Source: Vulcanimicrobiota bacterium
Lineage (GTDB): Bacteria; Vulcanimicrobiota; Vulcanimicrobiia; Vulcanimicrobiales; Vulcanimicrobiaceae
Length of the DNA: 64,000 nucleotides
Assembly: GCA_963777315.1 (NCBI GenBank)
Contig: CAVZQC010000002.1
Location: forward strand, 288,001 to 352,000
Direction: 5' to 3'
Shown here one piece after another: positions 1 to 9,744 of this stretch. Positions within the stretch are counted from its first letter, which is position 1. Every line of letters starts with the position of its first letter. The notes below the pieces were generated by a model. The model was not told the origin of the DNA. It did no database searches and saw only the letters and a program-made list of their open reading frames with translations. A program made the translations under genes and the position numbers.

Positions 1-119
1 GCCGACGCGGTTGAAGCCAACTCTCGAGCCGGCAAGCCGGTAACGACGCACACTACGCTGGCTCGGCGGCGCTCGCGCATCACGCGCACGATTCCGTCGT
101 CGGGCACGCGGTTCTTCAC
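1..119 (-). CDS. Partial (5' end) SUI1/YciH-family translation initiation factor, runs off the left edge
   Basis: My translation from GTG at 119 gives VKNRVPDDGIVRVMRERRRASVVCVVTGLPARELASTAS, similar to the YciH N-terminus (DGIVR...VxVITGL). Not in the ORF track; only 39 codons are visible. Confidence 0.5.
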   Translation of the reverse strand, partial: MKNRVPDDGIVRVMRERRRASVVCVVTGLPARELASTAS

Positions 120-169
120 GCGCGAGCCGTTCGGCAGGCGGGCGCGTTCGCCCCGCCAAAGCGCGGCGC

Positions 170-712
170 ATGAACCAGCGGCGCGTGGCGCTCTTTTGCG
201 GCGCGCACACCGGCAACGGATCGCGCTACATCGACGTGGCCGCGGATGCCGCTAGGCGCATCGTCGAGCGCAACATCGGCATCGTCTACGGCGGAGGCCG
301 CGTTGGGCTGATGGGGGTGATAGCGGACGCCGCACTGGACGCGGGAGGCGAAGTCATCGGCGTGATACCGCAGGCGCTTGCCAGTGAAGAAGTCGCGCAC
401 GGCGGCCTCACGCAGCTGCACGTCGTGCAAAGCATGCATCAGCGCAAAGCGCTGATGGCGGACTTGAGCGACGGCTTCATCGCGCTGCCCGGCGGCTTCG
501 GCACGATGGACGAATTTTCCGAGATACTCACCTGGGCGCAGCTGAACATCCATGCCAAACCGATAGGGCTGCTCAACGCATACGACTACTATGCGCTATT
601 GCTGGCGCTCTTTGACAACATGGTGCTCCAAGGATTCGTCACGCCGCGCAACCGCGCGCTGGTGCACGCGTCGGGCGCGATCGAACAACTCCTTGAGGCT
701 TTCGAATTTTAG
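170..712 (+). CDS. LOG family nucleotide 5'-monophosphate nucleosidase (TIGR00730-like)
   Basis: VYGGGRVGLMG, MHQRKALM and the signature PGGFGTMDE. Confidence 0.95.
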   Translation: MNQRRVALFCGAHTGNGSRYIDVAADAARRIVERNIGIVYGGGRVGLMGVIADAALDAGGEVIGVIPQALASEEVAHGGLTQLHVVQSMHQRKALMADLSDGFIALPGGFGTMDEFSEILTWAQLNIHAKPIGLLNAYDYYALLLALFDNMVLQGFVTPRNRALVHASGAIEQLLEAFEF

Positions 713-717
713 GGTCG

Positions 718-963
718 CTACGGCAGCCGAAATGCGATCGTCGTGCCGATGCGCGCGCGCAGCGCGTCGATCTCGCTTGCCGGCGCCTCGTATGTACGGA
801 CGGTGCCGTCCTTGAGGCGTACCGTCGCTTCGCGTCCGTTCACCGCCGTGAGCAGACCGTACGCAAACCGTATCCGGCTCGGTGCGGCCCTAGTGTTCCA
901 CTTGATCACGATCGCGGACGTCGCCAGCGCAGGCGGAAGCGCGGGGAGAGGCATGCCGTCCAT
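718..963 (-). CDS. Small hypothetical protein
   Basis: 81-aa ATG ORF filling the gap between convergent LOG and kgd; protein-like composition, no recognised motif. Confidence 0.5.
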   Translation of the reverse strand: MDGMPLPALPPALATSAIVIKWNTRAAPSRIRFAYGLLTAVNGREATVRLKDGTVRTYEAPASEIDALRARIGTTIAFRLP

Positions 964-1045
964 ATACCCGTCCGGCCGGTTTACGACTAACCCTGGACTC
1001 GGTTCCTTATCGATCGCAGGGTTCGTACCGGCTCGGCCACGCGAA

Positions 1046-4000
1046 TTACTCGGTCAGCGCTTCTTTGAGCAAACGTTCCTGCTCGACCGCATGAGCGCCC
1101 GGATAGCCTTCCGACGGAGACGCGCGGTAGGGCCGGCCGATGTAGTCGATTTCCAGCGAGTCGCGCCGGCGCTCGATAAGGCGCCGGCGAACGTATGCCC
1201 GCGCGCCCATGTTCTTGGGCTCCTCCTGAACCCACACGAGCTTTTTGACATTGGGATAGGTGGCGATGACGTCGTTGATTTCAGTGTACGGCAGCGGCGA
1301 AAGCAGTTCGATCCGCACGATTGCGGTTTTGCGCAGCTGCTCGTGCAGTTCGTGCTGCACCAAGTCGTGATAGATTTTGCCCGTGCACAGCAGCAGCCGC
1401 TCCACGCGGCTTTTGTCCGCGGCGCCGGGGTCGTCCAGGACCGGATGGAATTTTCCGCCCGCCATCTCGTCGATGCGCCCGCCGGCGAACTCCACGCGCA
1501 GCAGCGACTTGGGGGTGACGATCACCAGCGGAACCGGCTGCGGCATCGTCGCCTGCTGGCGCAGGAGATGATAATAGTTCGAGGCGGTGCTCAAATCCGC
1601 GACGCGCAAGTTGCCTTCGGCCGCCAACTGCAGAAAGCGTTCGAGCCGCGCGCTGGAATGTTCGGGTCCCATGCCTTCGTAGCCGTGCGGAAGCAGCAAC
1701 GTCAAGCGTGCCGTTTGCCCCCATTTGGCTTGTCCTGCTGCGATGAACTGATCGATGACGATCTGCGCGCCGTTGTTGAAGTCGCCGAATTGGGCTTCCC
1801 ATAGCACGAGAGCCTTGGGAACCGACGCGCTGTACCCGTATTCGAACCCCAAGCACGAATACTCCGAAAGCGGGCTGTTGCGGATCTCGAACGATGCCTT
1901 GATTCCGGGCACGTGCTGCAGCGGAATGCGCTGCGCGCCGGTGTGCGGATCGTGCAGCACCGCGTGGCGATGGCTGAAGGTTCCGCGCTCGGTATCCTGA
2001 CCCGTCAGGCGGATCGGCGTGCCCTCACACAGCAGCGACACGAAGGCGAGCGCTTCGGCCATTCCCCAATCCATCACGCCTTTTTCGTGAATGGCGGCCT
2101 TGCGGCGTTCGAACTGCGTCTGGAGTTTTTTGGCGATCGTAAAACCTTGCGGAACGCTGACGAGCTCGTCGCTCCAATCCAGGAGCTGCTCTTTGCCCGG
2201 CTTGCCCAGAGGCGCCGCATCGACCGGCTTGGCGCCGATTTTGGCGAGCATGCCCGCGACGTTGTGCTTGCCTTTGATGGCGTGATGCACGCTCTGCAGG
2301 TTCGCGGTCGCCTGTGCGGCCAGCTCGGCCGCGCGATCTTTGCTCAGCACGCCCTGCGCGACGAGCTTGTTTGCGAACAGTTCGCGCGCGGTCGGGTGCG
2401 CCTTGATGCGCTCGTACATCTCGGGCTGAGTGTATGCGGGTTCATCCTGTTCGTTGTGGCCGAAACGCCGGTAGCCGATGACGTCGAGCAGCACGTCGCG
2501 CCCAAAGCGTTTGCGGAATTCCACGGCCAGCCGAATGGCCCAAATGCACGCGTCGACGTCGTCGGCGTTCACGTGAATGATCGGCACGTCGAAGCCCTTG
2601 GCCAAATCCGAGGCGTACCGGGTGGAACGGCTGTCGCGCACGTCGGTGGTGAAACCGACCTGGTTGTTCGCAATGATATGGATCGTGCCGCCGGTTTGGT
2701 AGCCAGGCAGCGACTGCATGTTGAACACTTCGGCAACGATGCCTTGCCCCGTGAACGCGGCATCGCCGTGAATGAGAATCGGCGCAGCCTTCTTGACTTC
2801 CTGAGACGGCACTGGATGCGAATGATCGGTTTGCAGCGCGCGCGCGGTGCCTTCGACGACCGGATCGACGGCCTCCAGATGGCTGGGGTTGTTGGCGAGC
2901 GTAACGCGGATCGTCTTGCCGTCCGGACAGCGATACGTGCCGCTTGCGCCGTGATGATATTTAACGTCTCCGGTTACGTCGCCCTCGGCACCAACTTCGC
3001 CGCGCTCGTGCGCGGCTTCGAATTCGGCGAGAATCTCCTCATACGGCAGATTGACGACGTGCGCGATCGTTGCAAGCCGTCCGCGATGGGCCATGCCGAT
3101 GACCGCGTCGGACGTTCCGTCGTGAACGAACAGCTCGAGCGCCTCCTCGAGCATCGGCACCATGGCATCCAAGCCTTCGCCCGAGAACGTTTTCTGTCCT
3201 AAAAACGCCTTTCGCAAATACCGCTCGAACGCTTCGGCGCGCGTGAGTCGCCCCAGCAGATCGATCTTGCGCTCGTCGGAAAGCGCGATCTTGTGTTTGC
3301 CGGACTCGATGACGTCGCGCAGCCATTCGCGCTGCTCGGTATGCGAAATGTGCTCGACCTCGTACGCGATCGTCGAACTGTACGTTTCTCGCAAGTGCGG
3401 CAGAACGTCGGCGAGCGTGTCTCCCGGCACCTTGACGCGCAGCACGCCGGCCGGTATCGCGGACTGCAAAGCGGGCGTAAGTCCCCAATTCGCCGGTTCC
3501 AGCGACGGATCGCCAATCGGCGGCGTGCCTAGCGGATCCAACGTGGCGGCCAAATGGCCGTGCGTGCGGTACGCAGCGACGATCGCCATGCCGGCCGCGA
3601 CCGCGCGCAGCATCTCGTCACCCTTGGACGCGTCGTCTTGCCGGCGTGGGATCGCGGTATCGGCCTGTACCGGCGCGCTCGCCTCCGTCGCCGCAAGACC
3701 GAGCGCGGAAAATACCGATTCGTAAAATTCGTCTTCGCCCTGGAGCAACTCGTCGACGCGTTTGAGATATTCGCCCGATTGCGCGCCTTGAATGACGCGG
3801 TGATCGTACGTCGAGGTCATCTGCATGATCTTGCGAACGCCCAGCGACCGCAGCGCGCCGTCGTCGCCCGCAAAGCCGGGCGGATAGCCGATAGCTCCGG
3901 CTGCAATGATCGCGCCTTGCCCGGCCATGAGCCGCGGCACGGAGGCCGACGTTCCGATGCCGCCCGGATTGGTCAGCGTGAAAGAAGCCCCTTGCAATTC

Positions 4001-5251
4001 GTCGGCCGCGAGCTTGTTGTCGCGGGCTTTTTCGACGAGCTCTTCGTATTTGGCGCGAAACTGCGCGAAGTCCAGACTGTCCGCCGACGCGATCACCGGG
4101 ACCACTAAAAAGCGGGTGCCGTCCTTGCGCCGCGCGTCCACCGCCAAACCCAGATGAATGCCGGGCTCCACGCGCACGGGCTTACCGCCTTCCCGGCGGA
4201 ACGAGTTCGTGATGGCGGGCAGTTCGCGCGCGGCGCGCACCAGTGCGAAGGCGATTAAATGCGTAAACGAAATTTTTTCCGTGCGCCCGGCATTTTTGAG
4301 CTCGGCGTTGACTTGCTTGCGCCGCCGTTCGAGAACGTCGACGGTCAGCGTGCGAAAGCTCGTCGCCGTCGGGATCGCAAGACTTTGCTCCATGTAGCCG
4401 ATCAGCGCCGCCGGCGGCCCTTTGAGCTGCGTGATCTTGGCGTTTGCGCCGAGCGGCGGCAGCGGCTGCGGCGCAGGCTGGATCCCGCCCGGCTCGTCGA
4501 TCCGTTGCGACGCCACGTCGCCGCGCATCACCAGACCGCCCGGACCGCTGCCTTTTATGCGGCCGATATCGAGCTGCAGTTTGCGTGCCGCGCGGCGCGC
4601 CTGGGGCGTTGCAATCGCCTCCGCCGTCGGCCGGCCGTTGTCGCCGGCAGGCGCGGGCTTGCGGACGGCAACGGCCGGCGTATCGCCGGCGCGGGCCCGA
4701 TTATCGGACGCCACTGTGCGGCTGTCGGAAAGCGCGATCTCGGCCAGCGGCGCGCCCACGGTTACGGTCTGCCCTTCCTGGGCGAGCACGTTGGCAATCA
4801 CGCCCGTCGCGCTCGCCGGCACCTCGACGTCGACTTTGTCGGTGGTTACGCTGACGATGGGGTCGCCTTCGCGCACCGAATCGCCCGCGTGTTTTTGCCA
4901 CTCGACGATCGTCCCTTCGGCGACTGATTCGCCCATCTGGGGCAGCGTAACAACGACCGTCCTCGCCGGTTCGAAGTCGGGCGCAGCGGCCCCATTTCCG
5001 CTCGAAGCGGTATCGATGCGCGCGAGCACGGTTCCTACGCCGACCGTCGCGCCTTCGTCCACCAGAATTTGATCGAGCACGCCGGAAACCGTTGCCGGCA
5101 CCTCTACGTCAACTTTGTCCGTGGTGACGTCGACCAGCGGGTCGCCCTCGGCAACGTAGTCTCCGACCTTCTTGCGCCATTCGACGATCGAGCCTTGCGT
5201 AACGGACTCGCCCATCTCGGGCAACGTGATTGGAACCATGGTGTCGGGCAC
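1046..5251 (-). CDS. kgd: Multifunctional 2-oxoglutarate dehydrogenase: 2 lipoyl domains + PSBD + E2 succinyltransferase core + E1 decarboxylase
   Basis: Two TTDKVDVEV lipoyl-Lys motifs; PSBD-like ATPQARRAARKLQLDIGRIKGSGPGGLV; E2 motif TYDHRVIQG; E1 motifs GMAHRGRL, HGDAAFxGQG...NN, WEAQFGDF, PHGYEG. AGGAG RBS upstream of the GTG. Confidence 0.95.
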   Translation of the reverse strand: MPDTMVPITLPEMGESVTQGSIVEWRKKVGDYVAEGDPLVDVTTDKVDVEVPATVSGVLDQILVDEGATVGVGTVLARIDTASSGNGAAAPDFEPARTVVVTLPQMGESVAEGTIVEWQKHAGDSVREGDPIVSVTTDKVDVEVPASATGVIANVLAQEGQTVTVGAPLAEIALSDSRTVASDNRARAGDTPAVAVRKPAPAGDNGRPTAEAIATPQARRAARKLQLDIGRIKGSGPGGLVMRGDVASQRIDEPGGIQPAPQPLPPLGANAKITQLKGPPAALIGYMEQSLAIPTATSFRTLTVDVLERRRKQVNAELKNAGRTEKISFTHLIAFALVRAARELPAITNSFRREGGKPVRVEPGIHLGLAVDARRKDGTRFLVVPVIASADSLDFAQFRAKYEELVEKARDNKLAADELQGASFTLTNPGGIGTSASVPRLMAGQGAIIAAGAIGYPPGFAGDDGALRSLGVRKIMQMTSTYDHRVIQGAQSGEYLKRVDELLQGEDEFYESVFSALGLAATEASAPVQADTAIPRRQDDASKGDEMLRAVAAGMAIVAAYRTHGHLAATLDPLGTPPIGDPSLEPANWGLTPALQSAIPAGVLRVKVPGDTLADVLPHLRETYSSTIAYEVEHISHTEQREWLRDVIESGKHKIALSDERKIDLLGRLTRAEAFERYLRKAFLGQKTFSGEGLDAMVPMLEEALELFVHDGTSDAVIGMAHRGRLATIAHVVNLPYEEILAEFEAAHERGEVGAEGDVTGDVKYHHGASGTYRCPDGKTIRVTLANNPSHLEAVDPVVEGTARALQTDHSHPVPSQEVKKAAPILIHGDAAFTGQGIVAEVFNMQSLPGYQTGGTIHIIANNQVGFTTDVRDSRSTRYASDLAKGFDVPIIHVNADDVDACIWAIRLAVEFRKRFGRDVLLDVIGYRRFGHNEQDEPAYTQPEMYERIKAHPTARELFANKLVAQGVLSKDRAAELAAQATANLQSVHHAIKGKHNVAGMLAKIGAKPVDAAPLGKPGKEQLLDWSDELVSVPQGFTIAKKLQTQFERRKAAIHEKGVMDWGMAEALAFVSLLCEGTPIRLTGQDTERGTFSHRHAVLHDPHTGAQRIPLQHVPGIKASFEIRNSPLSEYSCLGFEYGYSASVPKALVLWEAQFGDFNNGAQIVIDQFIAAGQAKWGQTARLTLLLPHGYEGMGPEHSSARLERFLQLAAEGNLRVADLSTASNYYHLLRQQATMPQPVPLVIVTPKSLLRVEFAGGRIDEMAGGKFHPVLDDPGAADKSRVERLLLCTGKIYHDLVQHELHEQLRKTAIVRIELLSPLPYTEINDVIATYPNVKKLVWVQEEPKNMGARAYVRRRLIERRRDSLEIDYIGRPYRASPSEGYPGAHAVEQERLLKEALTE

Positions 5252-5479
5252 TGCGGCAGCTGCTCCTAGTGGGATCGAAATAACCGGTAGGGTAGGCTTT
5301 GGCGGCCTTGCGGCATCTCCATCTTATCCCGGATTCGGGGCGCCCATGGCGACCTATGCCGAATTTCCGACATCCGGCTATGCTGAGCCCTCCTGCGGGA
5401 GACTATCGCCGTTCCAGCCATTGCCGGCAGCGAATGCACTCCGTTGCGAACGACTTGGCGCCGGCCAGAAAGCGTTACG

Positions 5480-6256
5480 CTAAAAATACTGCGCGCGCTG
5501 CGGCGGAAACGTCACGGCCCGCAAACGGTTGAAAGCGGGGCGCGCGTGCGCGAGCACATACGCCGCAACGTCGTACGAGTCCCGATCCGACAGCGTCCCC
5601 GGCGCGTTTTGCGGCATGTTGTAGCGAACGAACGACGCCATTGTTTGCACCCGGTGCATTCCCGCTCCGCTGTTGAACGACGTGGGGCCCCACAGCGGCG
5701 GATACACGGCGTTGCCGGCTCCGCCGGGCCCGTGACACAGCGAGCATTTCCGCGTGTAAATTGCGCGCCCGCGCTGGGGGTTCGGCGCCTGCGGCGGCTC
5801 GAACTGTGCCAAGCGGACTTTCGGATCGGGCCCGCTGCCGATCGGCGTGCCGCGCGAAAGGTACGTTATGTACGCGACCATTGCGAGCATTTCGCGGCTG
5901 TGGTACGAGGGCGGGCGTCCGTTCATGCTGTATAAAAAGCACTCCGCCAGCCGGTCCTGCAGCGCGATCACGCGACCAGCCCGCTTGTTCCACTGCGGAA
6001 ATTGCGCGGCGATGCCGACGAACGTGCCTCCCCGCGGCTTGGTCCCGGCGTTCACGTGACAGGCCGAACAATCCATGTTCGCCGTTACGTACGGTTTCAT
6101 GTGCGCGCGCGTGTGCACGATCAGTTCGCGTCCATACGCCACCATGTCGCCGACCGGTCCCGTGGGCGCAGGTCCCGGCGTCGCCGCGCTGCCCGCGCCG
6201 GAATGCGACGCGCACGCCGCCAGCAGCGCTATCGACGCCAAAACGGCGGCGCGCAT
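5480..6256 (-). CDS. tsdA: Dihaem c-type cytochrome of the TsdA (thiosulfate dehydrogenase/tetrathionate reductase) family, predicted lipoprotein
   Basis: Two CxxCH motifs (CSACH, CSLCH); R-x3-C-F-x2-SMNG with the active-site Cys; PPLWGxxSFNxGAGM; NMP; lipobox LLAAC. Confidence 0.8.
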   Translation of the reverse strand: MRAAVLASIALLAACASHSGAGSAATPGPAPTGPVGDMVAYGRELIVHTRAHMKPYVTANMDCSACHVNAGTKPRGGTFVGIAAQFPQWNKRAGRVIALQDRLAECFLYSMNGRPPSYHSREMLAMVAYITYLSRGTPIGSGPDPKVRLAQFEPPQAPNPQRGRAIYTRKCSLCHGPGGAGNAVYPPLWGPTSFNSGAGMHRVQTMASFVRYNMPQNAPGTLSDRDSYDVAAYVLAHARPAFNRLRAVTFPPQRAQYF

Positions 6257-6969
6257 TACATCGCCAAGGTGACGTACGAGTAGTGGAAGCGCTGCTGCAG
6301 AACCGCTATCGCGGCAACCATCGAAGGGACGACGTGCGTTCCGGCAATCAGGTGCGTGAGAATGTCGTCGGCAACGCCGGCACCGCTCATTCCGGACGGC
6401 GCGTTGCCCGCTTTGACGATTGCGCGAGCCTGCTCTTCGACCGCCGTATGGCAGGTCAGAAAAACGACGCCCCGGCTCTGCAGCGTTTGGATCGACGCGT
6501 CCTGATAAATGCCGCTTTCGTCGTCTGGATCCGACGTGCCGGACAGCGGTTTTGCGGGTTTGAGAAAGACGTTGCTCGTCACGCGATTCCCTTTGGGATC
6601 CGTCAATTTGAACAAGTCGCCGATTTTGTACTTTGCCCAGACGGCGTCATCGTAGGTATACGCGCTGGACGGCCCATGAGGGCAGAACACCATGGCGATG
6701 CGTTCGGGCGCGTAGCCGAAGCCGAACCGCAGGCCGTTGATCGCGTTCTTGACGTTGTTGAAAATCGCGGGATGAAACGCCACGGCTTCCCACAGCTGGC
6801 GTATATCGGCCGGTTTGTCCACGAGTCCGGCGAATTGCGCCGCATCGAAGTCGGCACTGCGCTCGACCAGCCGCGTACCGCCGGGAACGCTCTGCGCGGC
6901 CGCTGCGCCGCCGCCGCTGCTCAGCGCCGCCAGCGAGGCCGACGAGACCAAAAAGGTACTGCGTTTCAT
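6256..6969 (-). CDS. Tat-signal protein with a DsrE-like fold
   Basis: ATG at 6969 after GAGGAG; KRSTFL twin-arginine-like leader; DsrE-like segments NNVKNA, HGP, GVVFLTCHTA and VVPSMVAAIAVLQQ; its stop overlaps the tsdA start (TAATG). Confidence 0.65.
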   Translation of the reverse strand: MKRSTFLVSSASLAALSSGGGAAAAQSVPGGTRLVERSADFDAAQFAGLVDKPADIRQLWEAVAFHPAIFNNVKNAINGLRFGFGYAPERIAMVFCPHGPSSAYTYDDAVWAKYKIGDLFKLTDPKGNRVTSNVFLKPAKPLSGTSDPDDESGIYQDASIQTLQSRGVVFLTCHTAVEEQARAIVKAGNAPSGMSGAGVADDILTHLIAGTHVVPSMVAAIAVLQQRFHYSYVTLAM

Positions 6970-7093
6970 GCTCTCCTCAATTAGCCGGCGCGATGCCGGG
7001 ATACCCCGTCGCGGGCGGCGCAAAACACTGATCGCGGGTTGCGGCAGGGCCGCGCAGCGGCTTGGCTGCAGTTATTCGAGCGGAGGAACGATT

Positions 7094-7888
7094 ATGATCG
7101 GACGCGGCACCTTTGTGAGCCTGACGGCCGCCGCAGCAGCCGGAGCCGCCCTGACCAAAGCTTCGGGTCAAACGATTCGCGTCGCGCCGGACGATCCGGC
7201 CGTTCGCGTCGAGAGCGTGCACATCGCTCGACCGGACGTCGCCATGCCGGCGTACTGCGCACGGCCGAGCGATGCGCGGGCGGACACGCCGGGCATCGTC
7301 GTCGTCATGCACCTGTGGGGCGTCGACGAGTCGATCCGCGAAGTCGTTCGGGCCTTCGCCAAAGCCGGTTTCGCTGCCGCAGCGCCCGATCTGTATGCGC
7401 GCCTGCACGCGCCCGACGGCGACGGTAGAGAAGACTATGCGGCATTTGTTCCATTCGCCAAGCAATTGCAGGCGGCACAGGTCGACGGGGATCTACGCGC
7501 CGCGGCGCTTTGGCTGCAGTCCGCTCATCCCCAAGGCAAGATCGGCATAACGGGATTTTGCATGGGCGGTAAGATCGCGCTGCGCCAAGCGATCGACAAT
7601 GCCGGCACTTTCGCGGCGGATGCGGTGTGGTACGGCGCCGTCGATCAGGCCGATCCGCAAAAGATTCACATGCCGCTGCTGGGCAGCTACGGCGAACGCG
7701 ACACCGGCATCCCGGCAGCTGCCGTGCGCACATTCTACGATGCAGTACCCGCACCGCACGACCTTACGATCTACCCGACGGCCGGCCACGCCTTTTTCGA
7801 TCATACGCGCCCTTCATACGATCCGGTGGCCGCACAAGACGGCTGGCGGCGCGCCGTGGCGTTTTTCACCAAGTATCTGGCGAGTTAA
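7094..7888 (+). CDS. Dienelactone hydrolase family protein with an export (Tat-like) signal
   Basis: GGAGG RBS; nucleophile motif GFCMGG, GERD, AGHAF; leader GRGTFVSLTAAAAAG. Confidence 0.9.
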   Translation: MIGRGTFVSLTAAAAAGAALTKASGQTIRVAPDDPAVRVESVHIARPDVAMPAYCARPSDARADTPGIVVVMHLWGVDESIREVVRAFAKAGFAAAAPDLYARLHAPDGDGREDYAAFVPFAKQLQAAQVDGDLRAAALWLQSAHPQGKIGITGFCMGGKIALRQAIDNAGTFAADAVWYGAVDQADPQKIHMPLLGSYGERDTGIPAAAVRTFYDAVPAPHDLTIYPTAGHAFFDHTRPSYDPVAAQDGWRRAVAFFTKYLAS

Positions 7889-7904
7889 GCCGAAGAAGGC
7901 CGCT

Positions 7905-9122
7905 ATGGTCGCTACGTCGTTGGTGCTCGCAGTCGCGGCAGGGGTCCTCGCCGGTGCTGCTGCGACGTGGTTCGTCATGCGCGCGTTCGCGCACGCGCGC
8001 ACCACAGGCATCGATGCCATCGCGGCGCGGCTCACGAGCGAACTGCACGAAGCCAACGCGCGGATCGCGCAAACGCAGCGAGATTCGTTTCTGGCGCTTG
8101 CGAACGAGCGGTTTTCCGCCGTGGTTTCTCCGGTACAGCAGAAACTCTCCGAATTCGACGCACTGGTCAAGGCGATAGAAAAGGATCGGATCGGCGCCTA
8201 TGAAGGGCTGCGCGAACAGATCGGCGGCCTCATCGAGCGCAGTGGCAAGATGGAAACTGCCGCCGCGCAGCTCACGTCCGCTTTGCGCAACCCCTCCGTT
8301 CGCGGAAAATGGGGAGAAGTGCAGCTGCGCCGGGTCGTCGAGCTGGCCGGTATGGAGCCCTACTGCGATTACGACGAGCAGCAGACCCTCGATACGGGCG
8401 ACGAGCGCGGACGCCCCGACATGACCGTGGCACTTCCCGGCAACGCGAAGATCTTCGTCGACGCAAAGGTTCCGCTCAGTTCGTACTTGGACGCGGCCGA
8501 ATCTTGCGAGGAATCGCTGCGTCGAGAAAAATTTCGCGGGCACGCCGCGGCGTTCAAGGCGCACGTCGACGCGCTGGCCCGCAAACAGTACCACCGCGCC
8601 GACGGTTCGGTCGACTTCGTCGTGATGTTCGTGCCGGGTGAAGCGTTTCTCAGCGCAGCCTGCAGCGAAAATCCCGAGCTCATCGAGTACGCGGCCGCCA
8701 AAGGCGTGTACATCGCCAGCCCGTTGACGCTCATCGCGCTGCTGCGTTCGTACGCGCTGGGCTGGCAGCAGCGCGCGCAGGAAGAAAACGCCAAGAAGAT
8801 CGCGGAAGCCGCGCGCGTTCTCTACGACCGCATGCGAGCCTTCGTGGGACATTTCTCGGCCATCGGCGCCAGTTTGCAGAAAGCCGCCGAGGCGTACAAC
8901 AGAGCAGTGGGAACGATGGAAAGCCGCGTGCTGCCGCAAGGGCGCAAAATCAAAGAGCTGGCATCGCTGCCGGACGCCGATCTGACCGAACTGCAAGCGG
9001 TGGAAACGGCGCCGCGCGAAATTACCGCTTTGGACGCCGAGACGAGCTTGGACAAGGCTCGCCCGAACGCCAGAACGCGCCCCAATCAGAGCAAGCTTTT
9101 CACCGACGACACGGTGGCGTGA
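7905..9122 (+). CDS. rmuC: DNA recombination protein RmuC
   Basis: N-terminal TM helix, coiled coil, RGKWGEVQL, RPD...VDAKVP, DFVVMFVPGE. Confidence 0.93.
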   Translation: MVATSLVLAVAAGVLAGAAATWFVMRAFAHARTTGIDAIAARLTSELHEANARIAQTQRDSFLALANERFSAVVSPVQQKLSEFDALVKAIEKDRIGAYEGLREQIGGLIERSGKMETAAAQLTSALRNPSVRGKWGEVQLRRVVELAGMEPYCDYDEQQTLDTGDERGRPDMTVALPGNAKIFVDAKVPLSSYLDAAESCEESLRREKFRGHAAAFKAHVDALARKQYHRADGSVDFVVMFVPGEAFLSAACSENPELIEYAAAKGVYIASPLTLIALLRSYALGWQQRAQEENAKKIAEAARVLYDRMRAFVGHFSAIGASLQKAAEAYNRAVGTMESRVLPQGRKIKELASLPDADLTELQAVETAPREITALDAETSLDKARPNARTRPNQSKLFTDDTVA

Positions 9123-9125
9123 GGG

Positions 9126-9674
9126 TTAATCGTCGTCTTCGTGTTTGCTTTCGTCACTCTTTAACACCCACAGTGCGCGCTGCACGTGCTGCTGCGGATG
9201 CTCGAGGTCGGTCAGCGTCGATATGATTTGCCCGTTCGGCGCGATCACGTACGAGGTGCGGTTGGCATACGACGGATTCTGCGGCAGCACCGCATCGTAT
9301 TGCTTGGCTACCGTCAGCGACGGATCGGCGGCTACGGGAAACTTGCTGCGACATTCGCTGACCGAGAATCTGTTGAGTGTGTCGATCGTGTCGTGCGAAA
9401 CGCCGATCACGGTGGCGTGCAAGGCTTTGAATTGCCCCATGGCGTCGGCAAACGTGTGTGCCTCGATCGTGCATCCCTTAGTGAAGGCAGCCGGATAGAA
9501 GTAGAGCACGACCGGGCCGCGTTTGAGGGCGTCGGCAAGATCGAACGTGAAGACTTTTCCGCCCAGCGAGGCTTGCGCTGTAAATTCAGGGGCGGATTTG
9601 CCTACGGAGAGCGCGGCAAGGGCCGGCACAGCGAGAACGGCGGCCAGGGCCAGGGCGGCGATCGTAACGCGCAT
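9126..9674 (-). CDS. Peroxiredoxin (Bcp/PrxQ type) with a Sec signal peptide
   Basis: VVLYFYPAAFTKGCTIEA (PxxxTxxC); RTSYVI; hydrophobic leader ending in ALA. Confidence 0.9.
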   Translation of the reverse strand: MRVTIAALALAAVLAVPALAALSVGKSAPEFTAQASLGGKVFTFDLADALKRGPVVLYFYPAAFTKGCTIEAHTFADAMGQFKALHATVIGVSHDTIDTLNRFSVSECRSKFPVAADPSLTVAKQYDAVLPQNPSYANRTSYVIAPNGQIISTLTDLEHPQQHVQRALWVLKSDESKHEDDD

Positions 9675-9744
9675 GTGAGAAAAACCTCCGATTTGCATGG
9701 TTCACGGCAGCGCGAAGCGCGGCCTTCGGGGAAAAACAACGAGC

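Noticed and set aside
4733..5251. Internal duplication in kgd as an assembly artefact
   Set aside because: The two lipoyl domains differ at many positions and are in frame, consistent with a genuine old duplication.
5270..5479. Possible riboswitch (e.g. TPP) or sRNA upstream of kgd
   Set aside because: Only short GC hairpins are visible and I found no conserved TPP-riboswitch or other recognisable core. An Rfam scan would be needed.
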